Part shown: positions 1-11,600 of the stretch, in pieces | Numbering within the stretch: the first letter of the stretch is position 1 | Layout of the letters: every line of letters begins with the position of its first letter | NCBI GenBank assembly: GCA_043228905.1 | Contig: JBHGNT010000002.1 | Coordinates: 3,534,001-3,598,000, forward strand | DNA: 64,000 nucleotides | Origin: Azolla caroliniana | Taxonomy: Eukaryota > Plantae > Polypodiophyta | Direction: 5' to 3' | Position numbers and translations under genes: made by a program | Notes under the pieces: model-generated | The model's database searches: none | What the model was told of the DNA's origin: nothing | Seen by the model: the letters and a program-made list of their open reading frames with translations, nothing else

Positions 1-1
1 A

Positions 2-160
2 GAAGCACCCATCGCAATAATCTACGCTGATGCCATTCTTGCGATCAAATTCAATATGACTCAAGCAAAGCACAAGGTTAAGGGATACAACACTGTCTAC
101 AAGGTCCCCCAAGAGGTTCATGAGCACATATTAGGGGAGGTCTCTCTATTTAATGCTTGA
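2..160 (+). CDS. 3' end of a + strand ORF entering the window (…EAPIAIIYADAILAIKFNMTQAKHKVKGYNTVYKVPQEVHEHILGEVSLFNA*); possibly the C-terminus of a DNA-transposon protein
   Basis: Manual translation of frame 2 is open from the window edge to TGA at 158-160 and converges on the minus-strand gene. The product call is a recollection of TE-like hypothetical proteins in bryophytes and is unverified. Confidence 0.35.
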   Translation, partial: EAPIAIIYADAILAIKFNMTQAKHKVKGYNTVYKVPQEVHEHILGEVSLFNA

Positions 161-305
161 AAGTCACCCTATCAATACATTGTACTAGAAAACTGAAAAA
201 CATCCACTTGGAGTTCACTATTAATTTTGATGATTGACAAATGAATTGATATATTTCGTCTTTCTTCCAAAGGGTTTATGCCTCTCAACCACTTGTACTT
301 ATCTT

Positions 306-3108
306 TCATAATATATTAGTTGTTATCAACAGGACTTGGATTTCTTCATTGCCGATATTGCTCATGTTTCCTGATGTTATTTGAGCATAGGAGTTTTGCA
401 GAGTTGGTGTGTCCTCTGTTGGCACATAAATCTGCTCTTCTTTTGCTACCAAGAGAAGATTGTTAGTTGAATTCATTAAAGACTTTAATATTGTAAGATT
501 TTCTACTGTAAGTTCATTTTTCAAAGGGGGCGATGAATTCTGTGAAGACAACAATGAAAATTATTCTCTCAGAATCCTTTTTTGTTTCATGATATGTCCT
601 GTGAAGCCATCTGAGTTTTTACTTCTTGTATATAAGTCCTGAATATCCAGGCTATGGATTTTAAAGTACAAACCTTCCTTTCCTTAACAAAATAATCCAA
701 CTTCTGAAACAATAATTTGTGATAGCTCAAAAAGGTAAGTGTTTCCTTACTACTATTAGTGGATGATTCATCCTTTGGGATGATATCATCAAAATATGGC
801 CCACATTGCTTCAACAATTTGCACACATTCTGGTTACCGTCCAAATGGGATTGATGAAACAGTCTATACTTCAGGATATCTTCAATAACACCCGATACCC
901 GATATTTTCTGTTTCTCATCATCAACACCTAAAAACCTAAATTTTCCTAGCAAGCTAAGAAGACTTTCAAGCATTTTATCTACAATAGACTGAAAGACTT
1001 TTGCGAGGATTAGGAGATGATCTCAAAAAAGAAACAAAACGTTGTAAAATAAGAATACTTAGATCAAAAAGTATATTCCCATTGTTTTTGATATATGTTG
1101 ATGAGCAAAATATAGAAGCAATCCTTAAACATGAACTTGATTTCACACTGGTATAACTATTTCAGATTCATGAACTGGATTTTTTACATTGGCAATTGAA
1201 ACAGTATTTTGGTATCCAAATAGTTCAATTTCAGACATCACTAACAACTAAAGTTCAAGTACAATCGAAAGACAATCAGGCACTAGAGGGTAACTTGGCC
1301 GATCTTGTAATGCGCTTGTTGTTGGTGCCAGATTTTTCTGATTTTACATTCTTCTTTATCTTAAAGCCTTTAGGTATGAGCTGACTAAGTGGCACTTCAT
1401 CATCAGAGGCATCAGAGACAGGCGTGGATGCGCGGGCACCTTGTACTGGTGGCAAGCTTGAGAGAGCAACTATGTTTTCTGCAACTGCAATGCTTGTACA
1501 CAAATCCACAAAGGTGCTATCGATAGACAAATTATCACTCATCTCCTGAATGCTTGTACTCCTAGCGATCTTTATTGCCCTATCATCATCACCGATGCCT
1601 ATACACCCGTTCTTATTAGACTCCTGTATGTGGACCGTGGCAGTAGTCATGGTCAACTCCTCTTGTACGATGGATGTCACCTCATTCTTAAGACAACGTT
1701 GTTCGCTCTGAGTACAATCAGGCCCACCTTCATTAGTAACGTTGTTCACTCTACACTCCTCATGGGATTCTGTACAATCAGGCTTATCTTCAGGGAAAGC
1801 GATGTTCTTTCCACGATCCTCATGGGCTTCACAAGACACTACTAGCACATTCTCAGTACAATCAAGCTCCTCTTCATTACTAGCAATGTTCTTTCCATGA
1901 TCCTCATGGGAATCTTTAGATAGTACTAGCACATTATCAGTACAATCAGTCTTCTCTTCAGCACTTGCCACATTATCAGTACAATCAGTCTTCTCTTCAG
2001 TACTTGCCATATTCTTTCCACATTCTTCATGGGCTTCAATCTTCTCTTCAGTACTTGCCATATTCTTTCCACACTCATAGGCTTCTTTAGACATAGTGTT
2101 GTTTGTACATGCCAGCTGCTCTTCACATATGAATGCTTCGTTTTTCTCACAATCCTCATGTGTGGAAGATGTGCTTCTAGAGTCCGCCTCCTTGCAAAGG
2201 TTAATTTGATTCTGACTCTGATGGGAATCTGATTCTGCACTTGTGCTCCATGAAGTTCCCGATTCATTTGATTGCAGTTGGGAATCAGACTGCTCTTGTA
2301 AACCTAATTAATGGGATTCCAAAGAATATTGGTATGAACTCACATACTCAAAAGTTTGCAAACAATGAACATAGGGTTTAGGGCCACATTTTTACCTAAT
2401 GTTACATCGTCATACTGTACAGCCGTAGATACCCCATTGCAAGTGGTGGGCTCGGTCATCTTCTCCACAACATCTAGGTGCTCAACAGTGTTGTTATGAT
2501 CTATAATAACAACAAGAATAGGGTTGTTATGAGCTAAATCATTGTTTTCAAAGTCTGGCTTTTGACGTGTACCTGGGAGTGTGATAAATTCGTCTTCATG
2601 ATTAGGTTTTGGACTCGTATCTCCGTCACCAAATATCATTTCATCATCAGCTAGTAACACAAGTACATGGTATTAGACAATGGATTAGGTTGACAATGCT
2701 CCAGACAGGTGAGAACTTATATGACTCACCATTGCATTCAACTTTGCCTTTCTTGCCGTTTCCATACAACATTCTTGCAACATTTCTCTTCTTACTGGGC
2801 TCTATTTGTAAAGAAACTGCATTTCTCTTCTTAGTGGGCTCTATTTCTTGATGTTGACCGGAGCTTGGGGAATTTGTTTGTAGAAGCATATGTTCCACTG
2901 CTCCAATGGCCCTTCTCATACATTCATCCTCATCATACAAATCATAGGTTATTGGTAATGATGGTCCCTGAACCTTGGAATGTGCAGCAGATATTGAGGG
3001 TTTAGGCACAGGGGCTGGTTGTTCCATTACCTTCCCTGGCGTGGAGTTGCTTGACACTACAACATTCATTGCAAGAAACAAAAAAACCTTGAATGTTAGT
3101 ACCATCAT
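306..3108 (-). pseudogene. Downstream exons/ORF fragments of a decayed minus-strand gene; acidic Cys-rich repeats (EECGKNMASTEEK…DCTDNV)
   Basis: Series of minus-strand ORFs (2647-3108, 2340-2660, 1276-2094, 587-928, 306-554) broken by stops. Imperfect coding tandem repeats lie at ~1700-2200. Confidence 0.45.
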
Positions 3109-3169
3109 CTAAAATATATAATGTAGGTCACAAGAGCTGCTTCCCATTTTACACAATGTACCAGTCATG

Positions 3170-4400
3170 AACAATGTACTACTCACATAGTTCCTAAATT
3201 ATTGAACTAGTACTAATAAGGAACACTGTACTGCTCACTTAGTTCCCAATTTACACGATTAGTACTAATCATGCACAATATACACAAGTAGTACTAATCA
3301 TGCACAATATACTACTCACTTAGTTACCAAATTACACAAGTACTAATCCCGAAAAATGTACCACTGACTAAGTCAAATTAATAAGTAGTACTAATCTTGA
3401 ACAATGTACTACTCACTTATTTCCTAAATCACTGAACTAGTACTAATCCCGAACAATGTAGTAGCTCACTTAGTTCCCAATTTACACAAGTAGTACTAAT
3501 CATGCACAATATACTACTCACTTAGTTACCAAATTACACAAGGAGTACTAATCCCGAACAACGTAATGCTCACTTAGTTCCCAATTTACACAAGTAGTAC
3601 TAATCATGCACAATATACTACTCACTTAGTTAGCAAATTACACAAGGAGTACTAATCCCGAACAACGTAATGCTCACTTAGTTCCCAATTTACACAAGTA
3701 GTACTAATCATGCACAATATACTACTCACTTAGTTAGCAAATTACACAAGGAGTACTAATCCCGAACAATGTACTGCTCACTTAGTTCCCAATTTACACA
3801 AGTAGTACTAATCATGCACAATATACTACTCACTTAGTTAGCAAATTACACAAGGAGTACTAATCCCGAACAATGTACTGCTCACTTAGTTCCCAATTTA
3901 CACAAGTAATACTAATCATGCACAATATACTACTCACTTAGTTACCAAATTACACAAGGAGTACTAATCCCGAACAATGTACTGCTCACTTAGTTCCCAA
4001 TTTACACAAGTAGTACTAATCATGCACAATATACTACTCACTTAGTTAGCAAATTACACAAGGAGTACTAATCCCGAACAATGTACCACTGACTTAGTCA
4101 AATTACACAATTAGTACTAATCCTGAACAATGTACTACTCAACAATGTACCACTGACTTAGTCAAATTACACAATTAGTACCAATCCTACAAAATGTACT
4201 ACTCACTTATTTTCTAGATTACTGATCTAGTACTAATAAGGTACAAAACTAGTACTAATAAGGAACAAAGTACTACTCAGTTCCCAAATTACAAAACTAG
4301 TATTAATCATGAGCAATGTACTAGTAACTTAGTTCACAAAGTACAGAACTAGTACTAATCATGAACCATGTAGTACTTACTAAGTACTAATCCAACAAAT
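3170..4400. repeat. Tandem satellite: 52-bp monomers arranged as a 104-bp A/B dimer, degenerate at both flanks
   Basis: CTCACTTAGTT recurs at 3465, 3517, 3569 and onward. The variants …CCCAATTTACACAAGTAGTACTAATCATGCAC… and …GCAAATTACACAAGGAGTACTAATCCCGAAC… alternate. Confidence 0.95.
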
Positions 4401-4915
4401 GTAGATTGGTATTTTGCACACAAGTAATACTAAACATGATATGTCTTCTACACACCTAGTTACATAACTTGTACTAATTACACCAACAGTATTAATCTTG
4501 AACAGTATTAGTACTAAACGTGATATGTGTTTGACACACCTCATTTCCAAATTACAATAATTGTACTATTATTCAACAATTTACTATACACCTTGTTCCC
4601 AAATTACATTACTAGTACTAATTCCCAAGTTACACAAACAATCTTAACAGTCAACAGTGTACTATAAGTATAGTGTTTACTAAACTAATACTAGGCAAGT
4701 TGCAATATAGATTGGACGATGTTGTACCTGGTTCCCTTTTAGTACTACTAATTGTGGAAAATATCCCTTCAACTACACATACCAATTATATATTAAGAGT
4801 ACTGCCAATACTAACCCACATAATTAGGGTTCCACATAATAGTTGTTAGAGATTACACTAAATTTGAAGTATGAATTGTGGCATACACTAGTTCTAGTCC
4901 AAATGTTAATTGACA

Positions 4916-5158
4916 TCATATAATACAAACAATAGAATAGTAGAGCCACATACCGTACGGGTGTACTTTTAAACCCCAAGCATAGTACCACTCAGCCGCA
5001 ATTGTAGTTTTACAGTCCATACATGTATTCTCTTTCTCAAAATGATACTTAGCACATAGCACATGATATGTGTGCAAGCATGGTGTAATCACAACATCCA
5101 TAGCCTCCAGCTTGAATCCGAGGCCACAAAATATACACCTGGAAGATTGCAAACACAA
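4916..5158 (-). CDS. RING-H2 (C3H2C3) zinc-finger exon
   Basis: CIFC-x13-PCLHTYHVLC-x10-CMDC pattern in the ORF. Confidence 0.75.
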   Translation of the reverse strand: MCLQSSRCIFCGLGFKLEAMDVVITPCLHTYHVLCAKYHFEKENTCMDCKTTIAAEWYYAWGLKVHPYGMWLYYSIVCII

Positions 5159-5215
5159 GTTATAATATATTAGTTGCTCACTTATTTATACCAAAGAAGT
5201 AGAAATAAATAACTT

Positions 5216-6247
5216 TTAAAGCCAATACCGTGATATAGCTATACTAATAATGGTACTTTCTATACCACTTGGGTGCTCAATTACAGATGGACACAAAGTA
5301 TCAAAACCATTTTGTTTTAAATCCCGCATCAAGCATGCAAGGTTCTCAGAATGCAACTTTAAGGCTGACAACTTATTATCTATTTCTTCATGTGCATTCC
5401 TGCAGGTATCAAGGTCTCTCATCTGTGAACCTAATTGAGTGCCCATATTGTTTAGCTCTTTCTTCAACTCCTCTTTCAACACCTCACTTTCTGAATTTTG
5501 GATTGTCGATGCAATCCATTCATATGTAGTTTTTATTGAAGAAAATTTCTTTTCTGCCTGTATCTCAGCTGATTTAACTGCTTCCAAATTAGCAAGTAGT
5601 GTTTGTATTCTTGAGCTCATAGAAGCTATGCAACCGGCCATCATCTGTTCATGCTTTTCAGTCATTGTGGCCCGTACCTTTGCCTCTAGAACTTGGTGGA
5701 TAGGTGTTATAGCTAGAATATCCACACGAGAGGTTCCAGATGACTTCAAGCCAGTGTTGGTACTGGAGGACCCTTTGTAATGTTCTGACCGGTGCCGATT
5801 AAAATCTTCCCAATTTACGTCAATGCCACCTTGAACTTCACATGCAAAAGCACGTGCAAAAACAGTACCCACCTCATTGTTAGTGATTTGATTTGTATCA
5901 TAAACATGTTCGTATCTCGTCTTCAATAAATTCATGTATTCCCTCTTCAAACCACTTATGTGGAATCCTCGCCTTGTGTCGGGATGTGCTGACCCCTAGG
6001 TTTTTAACAACCACTCTCTCAGCTCTGGATACACGTCAGGTCGTGCTCGAAGGAAATAATTCCATCCAAGAGGTGTGTCTCGACTGATGGAGTGGTACAT
6101 CTTCTTTCTCTATGTTGATGAATTCATCACCCTTTCTCTTGTGGGTGTCTTCTTGCTTTCTTTCATGGGTGTCCTTCTTCCTTCCTTCACTGGTGTCTTC
6201 ACTTTCTCTTTCATCAATGTCTTCTTTATGGGTGTCCTTCTCGTCAT
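5216..6247 (-). pseudogene. Basic N-terminus plus coiled-coil exon upstream of the RING exon; contains in-frame TAG stops
   Basis: The 244-aa ORF 5216-5950 has a heptad-rich helical region. The same frame continues upstream through TAG stops at ~5996 and ~6111 (…WNYFLRARPDVYPELREWLLKT*GSAHPD…). Confidence 0.55.
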
Positions 6248-6329
6248 TGTCCTAGTCAACACAATTCTCAGGGAATGAATATGCATGTACTAGAAGAAAA
6301 CTCAAGCAATTACCATCAACACATAGCAA

Positions 6330-7015
6330 ATCATCTCATTGCATGTACAAACCATGTCAAACACACAATAACCCTAAATAGTCGGAAAAAAACTCATCCA
6401 TGTCAAACACACAGACAATAAAAACAGACGGATAGGAAAGTCAAAGAAAACGAAAACATTGTAAATCATCATAGCCAACTCCATCACATCGCATGTACAA
6501 GCCATGTCAAACACACAAAAACCCAAAATAGTCGGAAAAACACTCATCCATGTCAAACTCACACAAAATAAAACAGATGGACAAGAAACAAGAACAAAAC
6601 GAAAACATAGCAACTCATCATAGCCAACTCCATTTACGTTGCATGTACAAACATGTCTAACACACAACCACCTCGATCAAAATATTTTCATACATTTTTA
6701 AAAGAAACACAGAGAAAACAAAAACACAGAGAATACCTGGAGGTTGTACAACTTGCAGAGGTACCAGACCGTGTTGATTTCGACAAACGAGGCTGCTGCA
6801 GAGGAGACAAACGAGCATAGACAGAGGAAACAAACGAGCATACAGACAGACAGGAAACATTCAGAAAAAGAAAACATACCAGTTGGGCATGCAACATAGA
6901 GAATACCTGGAGGTTGTACAACTTGCAGAGGTACCAGACCGTGTTGATTTCGACAAACGAGGCTGCTGCAGAGGAGACAAACGAGCATAGACAGAGGAAA
7001 CAAACGAGCATACAC
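6330..7015. repeat. Local duplications: ~155-bp degenerate repeats (6330-6670) and a 170-bp-period duplication containing a putative minus-strand exon
   Basis: A ~115-bp block beginning GAGAATACCTGGAGGTTG is identical at ~6729 and ~6899. Confidence 0.85.
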
Positions 7016-7303
7016 AAGGAAGGAAAATCAACAACACATACAACGAGCAGGGGAAACAAAAATCTCTGCGTTCAGAGATCGAACTTGGCACAGAGGGGAA
7101 CACAAGAACAGCTACGCGGGGAAACAGAGCATCGTAGGTGGAGTGAGAGAGAGAAACAGAAAGAAAGAAAGAAACAGAGCTTTGAAAGAAAAAAACAGAA
7201 AGAATCGAAGGTGGAGTGAAAGAAAGAAACAGAGAGATAGACCTGTAATAGATATGTCGTCTTTTTTAACTTTCTGCCACTGTCTGTCTGACAACTTCGA
7301 GAC

Positions 7304-7306
<3 letters not shown>

Positions 7307-7351
<45 letters not shown>

Positions 7352-7423
7352 GTGAGAGAGAGAGACATACCAATTGACACGTTCGACTACCCATACCAGA
7401 GAGAGAGAGAGAGAGAGAGAGAG
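7307..7423. repeat. (AG)n microsatellites
   Basis: Seen directly. Confidence 0.95.
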
Positions 7424-7733
7424 ATACTGAGACTGACCAACTGTCACAATGGATACCTTCTCCAGGTGTGCTTTCGTACAACTCTACCTAGGAGACTGGG
7501 GCAACAATTAATGTATTAAATATGGCCTAGGGACATTTCGAGTGTGACGTACAATATCTTTGTGCATTCGAGTGTGACGTAATGAATTTGTTTTTTGTTT
7601 TTTGAAACTTATTTACAATTTTTAATGTTTATTTTCTTCTTCGATTTAGTACTAAATTTTTGGCCAAAAGTTGGTACACCGTAGCATGCTTCGACCCTGC
7701 TGCCTTTTCTTCCGCTTGGGCCTCGGTTGATTC

Positions 7734-8584
7734 TGTTGGGAGACAGGTCCCTCCGGATGGGAAGGGAGAAGAACAGTGCCGACGAACAAACTTGGCCGAG
7801 GCCGAAACGGTACGAGGAGCACCCGGCTACGGAGAGCCGGATGATACAGGCCCGGTATGAACCGGATGAGGAGCACCCGATTACGGAGAGCCGGATGATA
7901 CAGGCCCGGTATGAACCGGATGAGGAGTACCCGGCTACGGAGAGCCGGATGATACAGGCCCGGTATGAACCGGATGAGGAGTACCCGGCTACGGAGAGCC
8001 AGATGATACATGCCCGGTATGAACCGGATGAGGAGTACCCGGCTACGGAGAGCCGGATGCCGGATGAGGAGTACTTGGCTACGGAGAGCCGGATGATACA
8101 GGCCCGGTATGAACCGGATGAAGAGACATATTCGTAAATATGTTTCTGAGAGCCCATTGTGGCTATATTTGTAAATAGCCGAAAAGTCATATTAGTATAA
8201 ATATGACTTAGGGCAAAACTAATTGTGTGGTTGTTACTTTTCTTGTTGGTGCAAGAAGAAGTGAGAGCACGTAATAGTGTACAGAGTGAGAGAGAGAGAG
8301 AAAGAGGTCGTTGCCTCTGTTGTAACCACCGCCTGTGGCGAAGATCGTGAGCACGAGGTCGTTGCCTTTGTGAACTCATTGTTTTGTACATTTCAACTTA
8401 GTGATAGTTTGCAGTCTGTGGGCTGCCGTGGTTTTTTCCCTCTTTGGGTTTTTTCCACGTAAACATTCTGTGTACCCTTTTTCTCTCCTTTGTGTCGCGT
8501 TTTTTTTGTTTTCCTGTTTCCTGTGTATTAAAGAGGCTCGGTTGTGGCCGAGTGTTGGGTATAAGGAGCGTTGAGTTCCCGACA
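7734..8584 (+). mobile_element. Solo LTR of a Ty1/copia family (related to the LTR at 26239), with internal 54-bp tandem repeats
   Basis: Termini TGTTGGGA…TCCCGACA. Perfect 5-bp TSD GATTC (7729-7733 and 8585-8589). Shares blocks such as GTGGCTATATTTGTAAATA and AGTATAAATATGACTTAGGGCAA with 26239-26788. The 54-bp repeats span 7814-8122. Confidence 0.93.
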
Positions 8585-8633
8585 GATTCAACGTGTCTGA
8601 ATCAAACATCCGAACCGACTCGGCTACTTCCGA

Positions 8634-11600
8634 TCAGTTTTCGCTCTCGTCCGAGTTGGCTGTCTCCAACTCGTCTTCAGTCTTCTCGCCCTTGATTGTG
8701 TCATCTCCCCCATGCGTGGTTGGCTTCGGCTCTCTCCTTCGGCTGCTCCCCTTCTGTCTGCTTTCGGACTTTTCCGTGGGTCCGCCCTCGACTTCTTCAG
8801 CCGATCCGAAGTCGAACTCGACAACTGAGTCAACCGACTCGGACTCGATGTCGTGGTGTCCGCTCCTTTCCTGCTGCCTTGCTTGGTCGTTCGGGACTGT
8901 TCTCCCCCTCAAGTTCGGTACGTCGAGGTGGCGCAACCCGAGCGCACCTGAGAATTGCCGCAACTTGTCCAGACCAAGAGGCTTGGTGAAGATGTCGGCA
9001 GTCTGCCGATCCGTCAGAACGTACTGAAGTTCGACTTCACCAGAAAGGACACGCTCACAGACGAAATGGTAGTGCACCTCAATGTGCTTGGTCTGTGCGT
9101 GGAAAACGGGGTTCTTCACGAACTAGATGCTGCTGAGGTTGTCGCAGTAGATCGTCGTCCGATCTGACACCTCCTCTTGCAGGTCCTTAAGTAGCCGCTT
9201 CAGCCATATGGCTTCGCATGTCGCGACAACCGCTCCTCGGTACTCAGCTTCGGTGCTCGACAGTGCAACTGTCGGCTGCTTCTTACTGCTCCATGCGATC
9301 GCGGCACTCCCGAGGGAGAACGTGTATCCGGACGTGGATCGGCGATCGGCGATCGGCGGCGTGGCCAACCCAATCAGCATCGGTGTAGCCGACTAATTGC
9401 GCGGCTGCACCGGTCCGATATAGCAGTCCTCGGTCCTTAGTGCCACTTACGTACCGCAGTATGCGTTGCGCACACTGAAGGTGCTCCTCGGTAGGTTGCG
9501 CCATGAACTGACTGATCACCCCTACCGGATAACTGAGGTCGGGTCGGGTGATGGTCAAGTATATGAGGCTTCCGACAATTTGTCGGAACCACTTCGGGTC
9601 GCATACCTTTCCCGTATCGGGACGAAGCTTGATGGTTCTGTCCAGAGGAGTCGAGACGGGCTTACAGTCTGCCATCCCGAGTTTGAAGAGCATACTCAAC
9701 ACGTAATGACGTTGGCTGATCAATATGCCTTTGGGGGTATGGATCACTTCGATCCCGAGGAAGTAATGAAGGTCCCCCAGATCCTTCATGTCGAACGATG
9801 CCGCAAGCTGGAGCTTCACGCGGTCGATTTCGCCTAGGTCGGCGCCGGTGATGACCAAGTCATCGATATATAGTAGAATACTAACCAGTCCGAGTCGACC
9901 TTTCCGGATGAACAGGGAGAAGTCTGATTTTGACGTGACGAAGCCCATCCGACGCAGTTGTTGCGTGATCTTCGCGTTCCACGCACGCGGGGCTTGCGTC
10001 AGTCCGTAAAGGGACTTCTTCAGTCGGCATACTGCCGAGGAGTTCGTTCCGGAGTGAAATCCGGGGGGCTGTACCATGTACACTTGTTCCTCAAGGTCAC
10101 CTTGCAGGAACGCATTCTTTACATCCATTTGATGTAGCTGCCACCCCTTGGCCGCGGCTACTGCGAGCAAAACACGGACGGTCGTCATTTTCGCGACTGG
10201 CGCAAATGTCTCATCGTAGTCGATGCTGTGTTTCTGCGCGTAGCCCTTTGCCACTAACCGAGCCTTGTACCGGTTGATCGAGCCATCGGTGTTGTACTTG
10301 ACCTTGTACACCCACCTACACCTGATCGGTTTTACCCCTCTTGGTGCGTCAACTAGGTCCCAGGTCTCGTTCTCCGCCAATGCGTGCATCTCTTCCTCCA
10401 TCGCGGCACGCCAATTCACATCTTTAGCCGCTTCTGCGTAGCTCTCCGGCTCACGCACTTCCGCTACACGGGTCATGTACGCATAATGATGTGCCATGTA
10501 CTCGTTGTATCCAAACCGCAAAACAGGATTCTTCTGGCGGGTAGATCGGCGTAATCTCGTATTAGCCGATGTCGAGGCCTTCTCGGTCGACGCGGTCTTC
10601 ATCTTTAAAGACCCGTCACCGGTTCCCTCGGAGTCGGACTCGCGTCGATCTGACTCGTTCCTTTCCGTGCCGGAATCCGACACCTTCTTCTTCCCTTTCT
10701 CTTTGCGCGTAAGCCGTCTCCTTGGCTTCCTGCGCGGGGAATGCACGACCGAGTCTCCACTACTCGCCGGCTCTTCATCGGACTGGTCATACCGACTCAG
10801 TCGTCCAATCGGTCCACTTAACCGGAGTGAAATCGGACTCTCTTCGCGGGTCTCGATTTCGGGCTCATCCGGAGGCATCTCGGCCTCGCTGACCTCATCG
10901 TCAGAACTCGGATTGGAGTCGAGGTTCGTAGTCGGGGGCAGGTACCAAGACGCGGACTCGTCAAACACAACGTCGCGGCTGACACGCGCTTGTTTGGTGC
11001 GAGGGTTATAACACTTATAACCCTTCTGCTCGTCCGAGTAACCGACCAAGATGCATTTCTCGGCCTTTGCGTCCAACTTCCTCCTTTTCTCCTTTGGTAT
11101 ATGCACATACGCAATGCTATCGAACACCCTCAAGTGTCGTAAGTTCGGCTTCGTTCCGAAATATAGCTCGTGCGCCGACATTTTTTCTCCGATCCGGTTC
11201 TAGATGTATACCGTGGTCCTTACCGCCTCAACCCAATAGAACTTGGGCAAGCTCTTCTCCTCCAGCATTGCCCGTGCCGCTTCCACAACTGACCGATTCT
11301 TCCTCTCGGCCACGCCGTTCTACTCCGGCGTGTATCTGCAACTGAATTCGCGCCGAATTCCCATTTGTTGTAGATAACCGTTGAATTGACTGGAGAAGTA
11401 CTCTTTCCCGCCATCCGACCGCAGACACTTGATCTTTCGTCCCGTCTCCGTTTCCACGAACCCTTTGAGGTCCCGAAAGCAGTCGAAGACTTCGCTCTTC
11501 CTCTCAATGAGGTAGATCCATGTGTGCCGCGTGTGGTTGTCGATGAAGGAGACGAAATATCGGCTCCCGCCAAGACTAACGTTTTGTGCCGGCCCCCATA

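Larger units (their letters stand above)
1..7682. mobile_element. Putative large DNA transposon, right part only; interrupts the copia 3' region
   Basis: GC-rich copia sequence switches abruptly to AT-rich sequence at ~7682 and no copia 3' LTR is present. The junction reads TA|CGGTGTACCAACTTTTGGCC on the minus strand. A 15-bp subterminal direct repeat TTCGAGTGTGACGTA occurs at 7537 and 7567. The cargo gene is decayed. Confidence 0.4.

Noticed and set aside
3170-4400. CRISPR-like regular array
   Set aside because: There are no unique spacers and no cas genes; it is a eukaryotic tandem satellite.
5996-6113. In-frame TAG stops as readthrough or RNA-editing sites
   Set aside because: In a nuclear TE context with pervasive C>T decay, ordinary CAG>TAG mutation explains them.
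7609-8391. Repeat-protein ORFs on both strands (MIQARYEPDEEYPATESR)n
   Set aside because: They are a by-product of a 54-bp (multiple of 3) repeat inside a solo LTR.
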